From assembly GCA_036271375.1 (NCBI GenBank), contig DATBAT010000258.1, forward strand, positions 14,813 through 78,812: a stretch of DNA of 64,000 bases, in the 5' to 3' direction. Each line of letters opens with the position of its first letter. Positions within the stretch are counted from its first letter, which is position 1. Below the pieces are notes generated by a model. The model did no database searches. It saw only the letters and a list, made by a program, of their open reading frames with translations, and had not been told where the DNA came from. Source of the stretch: Terriglobales bacterium (GTDB taxonomy: Bacteria > Acidobacteriota > Terriglobia > Terriglobales > Acidobacteriaceae). Below are positions 51,007 to 61,225 of this stretch, in pieces. The translations under genes were made by a program, and so were the position numbers.

Positions 51007-52433
51007 TAAGCCGAAGCCTGTTCCTTGTTTTCCGAGTAGTACTTAGCGCTTGCCAAAAACATTCCGATCGCCATCCAAAACATGGCGCCGGTGACGCTGA
51101 CGAAGATATTTCCCCCAACGATCTGGGCCAAAAGAGCAATCGTTATTGCTTTTCCTACAGCTGGAAACTGGTCACTCGGTGGCCATGAAGTCTTGGTTAT
51201 GAGCAGGCATGCGACTCCGGCGGCGAAAAAAAACGCACCCATCCAACCCAGCGAAAAAATTGTCGCCAGAATGCCGCTATCCACGGCCATTCCGTGGGAT
51301 GTCTCAAGGTTCTTGAGACCGTGGCCAAAGGGGCTTTCGATGGCATCGTTGATTAGGATCCGGTACATGTCCGACCGGTCCTCGAAGCTTTCGTCGCTGC
51401 GCAAACTGGTAAAGGTTTTGACGCGGTCGCTCACGACATCTGAGATTCTCTGATCGCTAAGGAAAGGAACAAGGCAGACCAAGAGCACGATCCCCGACAG
51501 AAAAATCCGGAGTATCACGCGCGGAGAAGATTTCTTGAGTATCCAAACCAAACCGATTATCCAACTGAGCCACGCGGTGCGAACGACTGAGAGCAGAAAC
51601 GAAGTGTAACCGGCAATCGATGCGGGAAGTTTCAGCGGGGAGCGCACGACGAACAGGAATAACAAGGCGACCATCATCACATTGGCGAACGGCCCGGGAG
51701 CATTCAGGGTGCTCCAGACACGAATGAGAAGTGGTTCAGGCATTCCGAAGCTGGTTCCAGTCGAAGCGGCCCTCGCTCCTTCGAGCCAAAGGCGGTCCCA
51801 GGCGGGTGGCGAAAAGAACTGGTATACGCCGTAGATGCCCATCAGCAATGCGCCCCGCAGAAAGCATCTTCCGATTACGTCGCGGTAGATTTCGTATCTC
51901 GGCCAATTGCGGTAGATGTGGAGGCCGAACAGAAGCGGGCAAAGCCAATTCAATAGTCCGTACAACAATTCGGCAGAAGGGTTTAGTAAGCAGCCCACGA
52001 CGAAGCCGTACAGGATCGCGCCTCCGCAAAGCGCAAAACCCACGGGAATGCCGGGCCGGGCGTTTGTGTCTTGGCGCAGCAAAGACAGACCGGCAAGGGC
52101 GGAGACCAACAGCGGCGACAGCAAGATTATGTTGGGATCGGTCCAACCGAAATGCAAATCCACCAGACGCCGGAGCAGCGGAGTAAGGAACCAGACCCAC
52201 AGCGTGTACTGTACGTACAAAATGGGCTGACGCAGATACAGCACCAGGCCGACGGCGACTGCGACTACGGGAACCGCGAGGCGCATGGCGAAGCCATTGC
52301 CGCCAAACCACAAGGCAATCAGGATCGCGCCTGCGATGGCCCCTAAAGGCAGGGGACTTGATTTTGCGGAGCGCTCCTGGGGCAGGGGCAATTCGCCGGG
52401 ATAGACCCAGACATTGCTCATGAGGCCCGCCAT
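51006..52433 (-). CDS. O-antigen ligase/polymerase-like (Wzy-type) membrane protein
   Basis: About 10-12 TM segments with a large loop 'SDRVKTFTSLRSDESFEDRSDMYRILINDAIESPFGHGL', typical of the Wzy_C/O-antigen ligase domain. Confidence 0.7.
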   Translation of the reverse strand: MAGLMSNVWVYPGELPLPQERSAKSSPLPLGAIAGAILIALWFGGNGFAMRLAVPVVAVAVGLVLYLRQPILYVQYTLWVWFLTPLLRRLVDLHFGWTDPNIILLSPLLVSALAGLSLLRQDTNARPGIPVGFALCGGAILYGFVVGCLLNPSAELLYGLLNWLCPLLFGLHIYRNWPRYEIYRDVIGRCFLRGALLMGIYGVYQFFSPPAWDRLWLEGARAASTGTSFGMPEPLLIRVWSTLNAPGPFANVMMVALLFLFVVRSPLKLPASIAGYTSFLLSVVRTAWLSWIIGLVWILKKSSPRVILRIFLSGIVLLVCLVPFLSDQRISDVVSDRVKTFTSLRSDESFEDRSDMYRILINDAIESPFGHGLKNLETSHGMAVDSGILATIFSLGWMGAFFFAAGVACLLITKTSWPPSDQFPAVGKAITIALLAQIVGGNIFVSVTGAMFWMAIGMFLASAKYYSENKEQASA

Positions 52434-53563
52434 CTTGCGACAGTGTCGAGGCCGTGGTCGGATGGGGCGGAATCAAGACGCGCACCGACGCGGTTGAGGA
52501 ATGCGCGGAAGCGGTCGCGGAAGACGGCGGCGCTGAACGTCCGGGAGTGTTTTCGCAGTTCGGTGGAGGACCAGGGGAGGCGCTCGAAGCGCTCGATGGC
52601 GTCGCCGAGGGACTCGGGAGTCTGCTGGTCGAAGAAGACTCCGGTGCGGCCTTCGACGATGGTTTCAAGGGCGCCGCCGGCGCGGAAGGCGATGGTGGGG
52701 CGTCCAGCGGCGGCGACCTCGACCGGGGCCATGCCGAAATCTTCTTCTCCGGGAAAGAGCAGGGCGCGGCAGCGGGCGGCGTGGTACTCGACTTTGGCGT
52801 CGGAGGCGCGGCCGAGGAATTTGATGGTGTCTCCAGCCATGGCTTCGAGACTTTGGCGGTCGGGACCTTCGCCGATGACGAGCAGGCGCTTGCCGCGCTG
52901 GCGGCAGGCCTGGACGGCGATATCGATGCGTTTGTAGGAAACCAGGCGCGAGAGCACGAGATAGTAGTCGTCGTGCGGGGCGTTGCTGAGGTGAAAGCGC
53001 TCGGTTTCGACGGGCGGGTGGATGACTTCAGCGGTGCGCTGGTAGGTCCAGCGAATGCGCTCGGCCACTGATTTGGAGTTGGCGACGAAGTGGTCGGGCT
53101 GGCGGGAGGCGGCGGCGTCCCAGTGTTGCAAGCCGCGGACAAAGAGCGGCAGGATGGCGCGCTGGCCGAGCCCGAAAGATTCGCGGTTGGCGTACTGCTG
53201 ATAGTTCCAGGCCCAGCGCATGGGAGTGTGGCAGTAACAGACGTGAATGGCGTTGGCGGAGGCGCGGACGCCCTTGGCGTATCCGGAGGAACTGGAGACG
53301 ATGAGGTCGTAGGCGGAGAGATCGAGCGAGCCCACGGCAAAAGGATAGAGAAAAAAGTAGAGGCGGTAGTAGTCGCGGATCCTGGGGAGCTTCTGCATCC
53401 AGGAGGTCTGGACGTTGACCCCCTGCAAGCGGGGCGGCATGTAGGCGGGCAGGGCGAGAGTGGCAAAGAGGTCGGGATCGGGCAGGAAGCTGTAAAGCTC
53501 CTCGGCCACCTTCTCGGCGCCTCCGTGCTGGGTGAAATAGTCGTGTACGACAGCAACTCTCAT
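52418..53563 (-). CDS. Glycosyltransferase family 4
   Basis: 'MRVAVVHDYFTQHGGAEKV' N-terminus and 'EEDFGMAPVEVAAAGRPTIAFRAGGALETIVEGRTGVFF'. The overlapping 606-aa out-of-frame ORF was rejected. Confidence 0.88.
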   Translation of the reverse strand: MRVAVVHDYFTQHGGAEKVAEELYSFLPDPDLFATLALPAYMPPRLQGVNVQTSWMQKLPRIRDYYRLYFFLYPFAVGSLDLSAYDLIVSSSSGYAKGVRASANAIHVCYCHTPMRWAWNYQQYANRESFGLGQRAILPLFVRGLQHWDAAASRQPDHFVANSKSVAERIRWTYQRTAEVIHPPVETERFHLSNAPHDDYYLVLSRLVSYKRIDIAVQACRQRGKRLLVIGEGPDRQSLEAMAGDTIKFLGRASDAKVEYHAARCRALLFPGEEDFGMAPVEVAAAGRPTIAFRAGGALETIVEGRTGVFFDQQTPESLGDAIERFERLPWSSTELRKHSRTFSAAVFRDRFRAFLNRVGARLDSAPSDHGLDTVARWRAS

Positions 53564-53600
53564 AGTATGGCTTCTTGCTCTGTCCGAGTAACCGGGATGA

Positions 53601-55025
53601 CTAGGCTGCGCCCGACCGCCGCAAAACGGTGGTCACAGTGCGGGCCAGAATGCGCATGTCCAAACCGAGGGACCAGTCATCGATGTAGCTGAAATCGAAT
53701 TTGATCCATTGATCGAAGGTGGCGTCGCTGCGGCCACTGACCTGCCAGAGTCCGGTGATGCCGGGCTTAACGCTGAAGCGGCGCATCAGGGTGGCCTCGC
53801 TGAAGAGGGCGACGTCGCGGGTGGTCATGGGTCGGGGCCCGACCAGGGACATATCTCCGACGAGGACGTTCCAGAGTTGCGGCAACTCGTCGATGGAAGA
53901 GGTACGCAGGAAACGGCCAATGGGGGTGATGCGGGGATCATGGCGGATCTTGAAGATAGGTCCGACGGCCTCGTTCTGGTCCTCCAACTGGTCGAGCAAG
54001 TCGGAGGCGTTGGCCACCATGCTGCGGAACTTGTACATGCGGAAGAGGCGGCGGCGGTATCCGTAACGGTGCTGAGAAAAGAAAATCGGACCGGGGCTGG
54101 AGAGCTTGATGACCACGGCGGTCAGCAGAAATAAGGGCAGTAATACGACCATGCCAATCAGAGCGCCGGCGACGTCGAGGAAACGCTTGATGGCCTGGCT
54201 CAACGCGTAGGACTCGTGGCGGCGGGCGATGTCGGTGAACATCTCGGGCTCGTCGAGAGCACGTTGCTTGAGGGTGGTTACGTAGAGGTCCTGCATGTAG
54301 AGGACTTCGACTCCCACCTGCTCGGCAGTGCGGATGGCGCGCTGAATGTGGTCATAGCAAGTCTTGGTGGGAAGCGCGATGAGCAACTGGTCGACTACGT
54401 TGCGCAGCAAAAGATCGCTGAGCTGATCGATGGTGCCCAGATAGCGGTCGGCGATGTCGGGGGCCATCTCGTCGGGGGAACGGTCGTCGACAAAACCCAC
54501 CAGCTTGACGGTCGAGTGGTGGCGGGTGCGAATCTGGCGCCACGCCATGCCGGCTTTTTTGCCGCTGCCGAGAATCACCACCTGACGGGGATTGCGCGAT
54601 GCGATCCAGGTTTGGCAGAGGCTCCCGCCGACGACGCGAAGAATTTCAAAGACCAGGGCGGCGAAAAAGAATGCGACCGCAATCCGCCCGGTTGGACCCT
54701 TGGTGTGAGAACCGACCAGGTAGAGGGAGAGTCCGGCAGCCATCAGCCCGCACCCCAGGAAGATTTTTTTTAGCTTGCGCCAGATGTGGCTGGACTCTAC
54801 GCGGTAGAGGTTGAGAGCGCCAAAACAGGAAGTCCATGCAACCACGAAGGCGGCGGCGAACAAGACGTTCAGCAGCGTTACTCTGAGTTCCAGGAACTGG
54901 GCCAAGCTTCCGGAAGGGAAACGCGCTATGTTCTCGTATAACGCCGAGAACAGGACCAATCCAAGCGCGCAGACGCCATCGAGCCCGACCACGAACCGGT
55001 TCGAATTGGACACGCGTTCTCTCAT
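53601..55025 (-). CDS. Polyprenyl-phosphate sugar phosphotransferase (WbaP/EpsB-type initiating enzyme)
   Basis: Start at ATG 55025, overlapping the upstream stop by 1 nt (ATGA). N-terminal TM bundle plus 'FKIRHDPRITPIGRFLRTSSIDELPQLWNVLVGDMSLVGPRP' Bac_transf signature. Confidence 0.9.
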   Translation of the reverse strand: MRERVSNSNRFVVGLDGVCALGLVLFSALYENIARFPSGSLAQFLELRVTLLNVLFAAAFVVAWTSCFGALNLYRVESSHIWRKLKKIFLGCGLMAAGLSLYLVGSHTKGPTGRIAVAFFFAALVFEILRVVGGSLCQTWIASRNPRQVVILGSGKKAGMAWRQIRTRHHSTVKLVGFVDDRSPDEMAPDIADRYLGTIDQLSDLLLRNVVDQLLIALPTKTCYDHIQRAIRTAEQVGVEVLYMQDLYVTTLKQRALDEPEMFTDIARRHESYALSQAIKRFLDVAGALIGMVVLLPLFLLTAVVIKLSSPGPIFFSQHRYGYRRRLFRMYKFRSMVANASDLLDQLEDQNEAVGPIFKIRHDPRITPIGRFLRTSSIDELPQLWNVLVGDMSLVGPRPMTTRDVALFSEATLMRRFSVKPGITGLWQVSGRSDATFDQWIKFDFSYIDDWSLGLDMRILARTVTTVLRRSGAA

Positions 55026-56287
55026 CAGCACTCGACAACCTGGGTTTGACTGGAGACAGCGGGCGGATTGCCGACTGCCAACGGACCAAAGCACTCAATT
55101 TTAGGTGACCGGCCTTTCTGCAACACGGATTCGTAGACCGCTTCCACCTGCCGGGCAACATTGGCCCAGGACATATTTCGCTCCATGTAGTCGCGGTTAT
55201 AGTGACCCATGGCGCGCCGTTGCTCGGGATGACGTAATAGCGAAAGCAGTGCCTGGGCCAGAGCCTCAGGGTCGCCGGCCGGAACTTTTTTTCCTCCCTG
55301 GTCATGCACCAAGTAAGGAAGGCCACCGGAATTGGTGACCACCAAAGCCCGCCCACAAGCCATTGCTTCGAGAACGGTCGTGGCGTATGGTTCGCCGAAC
55401 GAGGGCAAGCAATAGACGCTGGCATGGCGATAGAAGTCTGGAGTATCGGCACGCTCCTGCCAGCCGAGGAATTGGACCCCCTGGACGCAACCCAATTCCT
55501 CCGCCCGGCGCTTCACCAGTGACAATTCGTCGCCGCCCCCCACCACCTGAAGTTTGCAGTTTGCGATTTCCCGCACAACTCGAGAAAAAGCTTCGATCAG
55601 GACGTATATGCCTTTATGCCTTCCCACATTTGCCAGGAATAGGATGGAAGGCTCCTGCTGTTCGGCGGCCAGGAATTGCTCAGAATCCCAACCCGGCGCC
55701 GGGGAAAACAGCGAAGTGTCGATTCCGTGGGGAACATAGTGAATCCGGTCACGGACCGATTCGGCATGAGGCAGGCGGTTGCTGGCGGAGGGCGAAGTGA
55801 GAATCAGCGCACTTGCCCGGTGCTGCTGCGTGGTGGCAATCACATTGCGTAAAGTGTTCCCCACCCACCGCTGGGCGCGCGCGACACTCGACAAACCTGA
55901 ACTGTCCGGCCATTGGGCGACGTAGGTGCCCAGTACAACCGGCAATCCACAGCCCGCCAGCGACAGACTGATTCCGGTGAAAACCGGGTTGAATTGGTGC
56001 ACCAAGTCGAAAGATTGGGAGCGCTGCAGCCTTCTGAGTAGTCGCCGAACCCGGAGCATATATCCCAAGCGCGACAGGGCTCCCTGTCCGCGCGACAGAA
56101 GATGAAGGGTAATATTCGGGTGAATCGGCTCGCGAAGCTCCACTCGTTCCGCGGCAACATGTAAACGGTGGCCGCGGCGGGCAAGGTGGGTCATGAAGCC
56201 GTGGGCTATCAACCCATCGCCGTGCGGAAGATGGTCGGTCAAGACATCGGAACAGTGCGGAACAAAAATGTTTAAAGGTCGTGGCAT
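55025..56287 (-). CDS. Glycosyltransferase family 4
   Basis: 'GEPYATTVLEAMACGRALVVTNSGGLPYLVHDQGGKKVP' GT4 C-domain. Coupled to both neighbours. Confidence 0.85.
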   Translation of the reverse strand: MPRPLNIFVPHCSDVLTDHLPHGDGLIAHGFMTHLARRGHRLHVAAERVELREPIHPNITLHLLSRGQGALSRLGYMLRVRRLLRRLQRSQSFDLVHQFNPVFTGISLSLAGCGLPVVLGTYVAQWPDSSGLSSVARAQRWVGNTLRNVIATTQQHRASALILTSPSASNRLPHAESVRDRIHYVPHGIDTSLFSPAPGWDSEQFLAAEQQEPSILFLANVGRHKGIYVLIEAFSRVVREIANCKLQVVGGGDELSLVKRRAEELGCVQGVQFLGWQERADTPDFYRHASVYCLPSFGEPYATTVLEAMACGRALVVTNSGGLPYLVHDQGGKKVPAGDPEALAQALLSLLRHPEQRRAMGHYNRDYMERNMSWANVARQVEAVYESVLQKGRSPKIECFGPLAVGNPPAVSSQTQVVEC

Positions 56288-57777
56288 CAGTCGCCCACTC
56301 CTGCGGCCACGAAATTTGCGGCGGAGCGCGATTGATGGATCCAGGAGGTGATGGCGGAAACGGCGAACTTCAGGTCCTCGTAGGCGGGAACCAATCGTGG
56401 AATTTTCAACTTTAAGAAAACTGGAAAGCTAAAAACTACAAATGACAAGCGCGCGCAGGTCGAAGCCAGCAGGGCAAGGCCGGCACCGAGGATGCCGAAT
56501 CGAGGCACCAGCAGCAGCATGAGCGGTATGGTCAGCAGCAGACCGGTCAATTGAAGTCCGGCGATAATTCCCGGACGCTCAAGCGCCATAAACGCCTGGG
56601 ACAAGACTTGTGTGGCCCCGGAAAGAATTACCTCCGCAATCAGGATTCTGAGCAGAAGTCCTGCACCTTGATATTCCCGACCGTAAAGCAGGACCAACAT
56701 CTCCGGCCCAAAAACCGCGATGGCGATCCCGCACACTGTGGTCATTGCAGTGGTCACACGCATGGCGCGACTGGTCATTTCGGCAACTTCCGCTGGCGCC
56801 CGTCCCACGGCCCGGGGAAACAGCACCATCACCACCGAGGTGTGAAAAACATTCAGCATGCGCGACAGACTCAGCCCAACCACATAGGTGCCCATCAGGT
56901 CAGGATTGAGTAGACGAACGACCAGCGCCTGATCGACATAGAGCGACATGGTCCCGCACAAATCAATGCCGTAGGAACGCACGCCGTACGAAAACAACGT
57001 GCTCACCGATCCCCTTAGTCCGGTTAGCGAGGGACGGAGCGCTTTCGATACCCGGAAAACCATCCAGGCCAGGGGCATCACTCCTACCAGCACATAGGAG
57101 ATCGCCGCAGTAAACGGCGACATGCGGCTGGTTGCGATGAGAATTCCCAGTAGCACTAAAGTTGTGGCCGGAGACCAGATCAGCAGTTTGTTAGAAGCGG
57201 TGAAATCTCCGCGACTCTCGAGCGCCGCCCGTCCCACCAGTAACAGCGAGGTTATTGGGGTGCTCAGAAGGAATATCCTGGCAAACCAGATGACTTGGGG
57301 AGGGTACTGAGGGATCCAGGAGTGCATGAAGATCGCGCCCAACAAGGCACCCGCCAGACCGGTCATTGAAGCCAGCACCAACCCCGCACCCATCAGCGAT
57401 CCGGCTTTTTGCGGGCTGCGCCTCAACTGATAAGTCAACGCGCTCGGCAAGCCAAAGCTGAGGGCGCTCCCCAGAAATACCGGAAAAAGAATCATGGCCG
57501 CCAGCTCGCCGCGTCCTCCGGGACCGAGAAAACGGGCAGTAATAATTCCGGTCAGGGCATTAATACCGACGATAAGCACTTTTACCGCAACCGACTGGAC
57601 CACCGCCGCCACCGGCCGCAAGCCGGCGCTGGTTTCAGGCGGACAAACTCCGGGACCCTCCGCACATGGCATATCCATGACCAGCGTGTCGGGTCCGGTC
57701 ATGGAACTACCGGCTAACAAATTGACTTCTCCTTCGTCCACTCCGGTTCCCTTTGCTCGTTCATGCCGAGTGGTCAC
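56287..57777 (-). CDS. Polysaccharide flippase (Wzx / MOP superfamily)
   Basis: About 12-14 TM segments throughout. Position and topology match Wzx-type transporters. The true start is probably downstream of the annotated Met. Confidence 0.75.
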   Translation of the reverse strand: MTTRHERAKGTGVDEGEVNLLAGSSMTGPDTLVMDMPCAEGPGVCPPETSAGLRPVAAVVQSVAVKVLIVGINALTGIITARFLGPGGRGELAAMILFPVFLGSALSFGLPSALTYQLRRSPQKAGSLMGAGLVLASMTGLAGALLGAIFMHSWIPQYPPQVIWFARIFLLSTPITSLLLVGRAALESRGDFTASNKLLIWSPATTLVLLGILIATSRMSPFTAAISYVLVGVMPLAWMVFRVSKALRPSLTGLRGSVSTLFSYGVRSYGIDLCGTMSLYVDQALVVRLLNPDLMGTYVVGLSLSRMLNVFHTSVVMVLFPRAVGRAPAEVAEMTSRAMRVTTAMTTVCGIAIAVFGPEMLVLLYGREYQGAGLLLRILIAEVILSGATQVLSQAFMALERPGIIAGLQLTGLLLTIPLMLLLVPRFGILGAGLALLASTCARLSFVVFSFPVFLKLKIPRLVPAYEDLKFAVSAITSWIHQSRSAANFVAAGVGD

Positions 57778-57789
57778 AAAACTCCCATA

Positions 57790-58434
57790 CTAAGGAACCA
57801 GTTGCAGCGGATTGATGTAAGCCCCGATGTTGAACAGCTTCATGTATCGGGAAACATTCTCCAGCTTGTTGCGGGGGACGAGAAGCATGTCTCCCGGCTC
57901 CAAAACCGCATCCTGCTCCAGTTGCGCGGTCTTATGAACATTGGTCAATCTCAATGTCTTTACTTCCGCCGTATCACTGTTGATTTTGCGGAACAGCAAG
58001 ACCTGATTGGAATGGGCGCTCTGCTTGAATCCTCCGGAAAGCAAGATCGCCTGCATCGCGGTAGTGGTTTCGCGAAGATCGATTTTTCCCGGGGTAGTGA
58101 CTTCCCCCGCAACCACGACGTAGGGCCGCTGGTATTCCCGCAATATCAGGTTTATGTCGGGATCGTTGAGGCGGACTTCAGCTTTTTTGACAATCAGATC
58201 ATGCGCCTGTGACACCGTAAGATCGCTGAGCTTGACGTCGCCAATCTGGTTCAAATTTACGAATCCGTCGGGAAGCACGGTGACTGTCTGGTTCAATTCC
58301 GGGGTATACCGGTATTGCAGTTCGATCACATCACCCGACCGCAAGGTGTAGCGGGGGCGCTGGCGCAACTCCTGCGCGGTGGCGAACGTCACCAACCACA
58401 AGCATGCGAGCAAGATTTGTTTCCACCTAAACAT
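57790..58434 (-). CDS. Polysaccharide export protein (Wza-like Poly_export + SLBB domains)
   Basis: Signal peptide, 'YTLRSGDVIELQYRYTPELNQTVTVLPDGFVNLNQIGDVKLSDLTVSQAHDLI' and SLBB-like 'VVVAGEVTTPGKIDL'. Confidence 0.85.
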   Translation of the reverse strand: MFRWKQILLACLWLVTFATAQELRQRPRYTLRSGDVIELQYRYTPELNQTVTVLPDGFVNLNQIGDVKLSDLTVSQAHDLIVKKAEVRLNDPDINLILREYQRPYVVVAGEVTTPGKIDLRETTTAMQAILLSGGFKQSAHSNQVLLFRKINSDTAEVKTLRLTNVHKTAQLEQDAVLEPGDMLLVPRNKLENVSRYMKLFNIGAYINPLQLVP

Positions 58435-58461
58435 ATTTCACCCTCGGCAAAAACGGATTCT

Positions 58462-59058
58462 CTAAATACCGACCGCTTCCATTCGGCGATGCAGCCAGTT
58501 CGGAACCACGTAGGTCCGTTTATTCAGTACATGTCCAAGAATGCGGCCTCTCGCATTTTCAATCGTTCTCTCCGCGTGGAAGAGTTGTTCCTTGTGGGTA
58601 CGATTAGCTTCGACGATTATCACAACTCCATCGACCAGAGGGGCGAGAAACACCGCGTGTTGCGACTCACGCAGTGACGGGCAATCGATAAGAACGTAAC
58701 GATATTGCTTCCGGGCATTTTCCAGATATTCCGCCACTCGTATTCGCATTTGGTGCCAGTTGTCAAAAAAACGTCCGGGGATGTCCCTTGGCTGAAACTT
58801 CGAGGTTCGCCCCACCGAAGGCAGTCCCGCGAAGGAGTAATCCATCTCTCCCGCCGCCATATTCCGTCCGTTTAGCAACGAGGTAAATCGCGGGTCAAGA
58901 GTGGACGCCAAAGCGTTGGTGATATAGCTGACACCCGCCCCCGGATGGGCCGAGGTAACCGCCACCACAAACCCTTCATTATGGTTCTCGTTTGGGCGAT
59001 GGAATATTCTGGACAACAGTCCATCGCAAACCACACTCAGTTCTGTCCCTTGCATCAT
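58462..59058 (-). CDS. BY-kinase-like P-loop ATPase domain protein with degenerate Walker A
   Basis: 'VVAVTSAHPGAGVSYITNALA' aligns to the BY-kinase Walker A 'S..PGEGKS/T...NLA' but has Val in place of the Lys. 'YVLIDCPSL' and 'DGVVIIVEANRT' motifs are kept. No C-terminal Tyr cluster. Confidence 0.7.
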   Translation of the reverse strand: MMQGTELSVVCDGLLSRIFHRPNENHNEGFVVAVTSAHPGAGVSYITNALASTLDPRFTSLLNGRNMAAGEMDYSFAGLPSVGRTSKFQPRDIPGRFFDNWHQMRIRVAEYLENARKQYRYVLIDCPSLRESQHAVFLAPLVDGVVIIVEANRTHKEQLFHAERTIENARGRILGHVLNKRTYVVPNWLHRRMEAVGI

Positions 59059-59069
59059 TCCTCCCTGCT

Positions 59070-60656
59070 TTACTCGGGGTATAGGTCCCTGAGGCCAATG
59101 GCGGACTGGCTGCGCTTTTGCACGACAACCGGCACCATGGAATATTCCCGATCGATGATTGTCCCTTCGATCTTCTTCAAGCCTGGAGCGGCGGTCGCAC
59201 CCAAAGTAGCCAACACGGGGTAACGCGAGGCTGAGTCGAGCTCACGTGGAGTAGCAACCGTGTTCCTGCCAACTTCTGCCAGGTAGGTGGCACAACAGGC
59301 AAAGCTCAGGGCGGTGATGATGCCAAGCAAAAAGTTGACCAAGAGCTTGGGCCGGCTAGGGAGATAGGACGTCGTGGGATTCTGAGCCACGACAACGTTC
59401 ATCAGGCCACGATCGTCCATCGCGTCGGAAATCAGCGATTGGTCGCGTTTTTCCGCGTACAGATCGTAGTTTTCCTTTCGCTCCTTGACCTTGGCCTCGA
59501 GATTGTTGAACTGAACGTCAAGATCCTGCAGTTTGCCTAACTCCGTCTTCAATCCATCGATCTGCACCACGACGGCAGACTGGCGGGCGACAGCCGAGCG
59601 CCGAGCCAAGCTGGCTTGAGCGTGTTCGGTTCGTAACTGTTGCCACACTGGATCGACGTCGGTGGTGACTTGATGGGCTTTAGCCGACGCCGCCTGCTCG
59701 TACTGGGCTTTGGTGAGGGTAATCTGACGATCAATCTCGCGCACCAGCCGGTCATCCGGCTTGTAGTTGCTCAGCAGCACCGTGCGGCGGTTTTCCAGAT
59801 CGGTGATGACAGCGGTAAGCTGCTGCATAGACTGGGTATAAGGTTGAGCCGTGTCTTGGGTGGTCTGCCTGGCCGAGGTTGCCTGGATGCGCGCGTCAGT
59901 TTCTTTCAAGCGTCCGTCAGCTTCGCCGATGCTTGCCCCCGATGCCAATAGATCATCTCCCGCCTTATTGATCTTGATTTCGAGGTCCGCCTCGCGTTGC
60001 TGGAGCGAGGACAACTGGTGCTCCTGTTGAAAACTGACCAGCGTGCGGGTAGCTTCATCCCATTCTTTCCGGTATCTCTCCGCCTCTGAGGTGAAAAAGG
60101 CAGAAGACCCGACGGGACGCTGCATGCGGCGATGCTGTCCCAGGTAAGCGCTCGCCAAGCGATGAAGCGAGTCTGAGGCCTGCTCAGGACTATCCGCACG
60201 TAAGCCAACGCTAATGACATTGGTCTTGCGGATAGGTTCAACTTCAAGCTTTTTGTCGAAAGCTGCGAGCAAAGCCTGATGGTGCGCAATAGCATCCGAG
60301 CTACGATCGACAAGATTGGCCCAGGATGGGTCGGCGACCGGGTCAAGCACGTCATGACTGCGCAATATCTCGATCTCTGAGTTGACCTGGGACTCGGTCA
60401 CGTCAGTCACCACATTGAGTGGATTAGTTCGCTCGGGAGTGATAACCACATTGCCGCGAGCGTTTTGCACCAGAAACTTCATCTCTGACGTGTACTGTTT
60501 CTTCATCAGTGCCGAGGCTAGTAATGCGAGCAAGGTGATTCCGAAACAACACCCAAAAAACAGTCTCTTATGGCGATAAAAGGCCTCCGTCGCAATCCGC
60601 AAAGAGAATGCTGGCAACGCGGGAACTTGGGATTGAGGGATTAGTACGGTTGGCAC
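59070..60656 (-). CDS. Polysaccharide chain-length determinant (Wzz/GumC-like, PCP family)
   Basis: N-terminal TM, 'SEMKFLVQNAR...SEIEILRSHDVL', long periplasmic coiled coil, C-terminal TM 'LLVNFLLGIITALSFACCATYLA'. Confidence 0.85.
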   Translation of the reverse strand: MPTVLIPQSQVPALPAFSLRIATEAFYRHKRLFFGCCFGITLLALLASALMKKQYTSEMKFLVQNARGNVVITPERTNPLNVVTDVTESQVNSEIEILRSHDVLDPVADPSWANLVDRSSDAIAHHQALLAAFDKKLEVEPIRKTNVISVGLRADSPEQASDSLHRLASAYLGQHRRMQRPVGSSAFFTSEAERYRKEWDEATRTLVSFQQEHQLSSLQQREADLEIKINKAGDDLLASGASIGEADGRLKETDARIQATSARQTTQDTAQPYTQSMQQLTAVITDLENRRTVLLSNYKPDDRLVREIDRQITLTKAQYEQAASAKAHQVTTDVDPVWQQLRTEHAQASLARRSAVARQSAVVVQIDGLKTELGKLQDLDVQFNNLEAKVKERKENYDLYAEKRDQSLISDAMDDRGLMNVVVAQNPTTSYLPSRPKLLVNFLLGIITALSFACCATYLAEVGRNTVATPRELDSASRYPVLATLGATAAPGLKKIEGTIIDREYSMVPVVVQKRSQSAIGLRDLYPE

Positions 60657-61225
60657 TTATCTAACCCTTTCTACAGCTGATGCCGCGGAGTGGTAGTGGG
60701 CACCACTCCAAGTGGGAATGGAACCATTAGGTTGCGGCCAGATAAGGTGCTGGGAACCACATCCCCAGAAGAATCAATGACCACACCCTATCAGTCCACT
60801 ATGTGCAAAAACAAACGAATTTTTTCTATCGTCGTGATAAAGCCTAGGCTAGGAAACAGTTCGCTATGGTGCTGAGACACTACCCTGGGTTGTCCCGAAT
60901 CGTTACATCTTGCCGTATGGGGGGAGTATTGCCAACTGAATTTTTCTATCACTGCCAATTCTATTTAGCCCACCGCTGATCTCATTTGAATTCTCCTGGA
61001 ACCGCCTTTGATTTTGGGATCTTGGACATGTTAAACATTTTCCCCAAAATTGAGATTATTACTTGTCCCAAAAACGATCAGAAAGGTCTGGTTTGTTTTA
61101 CAAACATCGCCCCTGTTACGAGCCGCCGAGGGGATCTAATTCCCGCCCTGAAGGTATGAGAGTCTGTTGGAAAAGCCACTGTCTGTGCCCTGAAGAAGTC
61201 TAGTCAGAAGCAGAGACGCGAGTAG

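Noticed and set aside
51736-53556. 606-aa minus-strand ORF (Pro/Ser/Ala/Thr/Arg-rich)
   Set aside because: It overlaps, out of frame, two genes with clear family signatures (GT4 at 52418-53563 and the Wzy-like gene at 51006-52433). Its low-complexity composition is typical of an off-frame read of GC-rich coding DNA.
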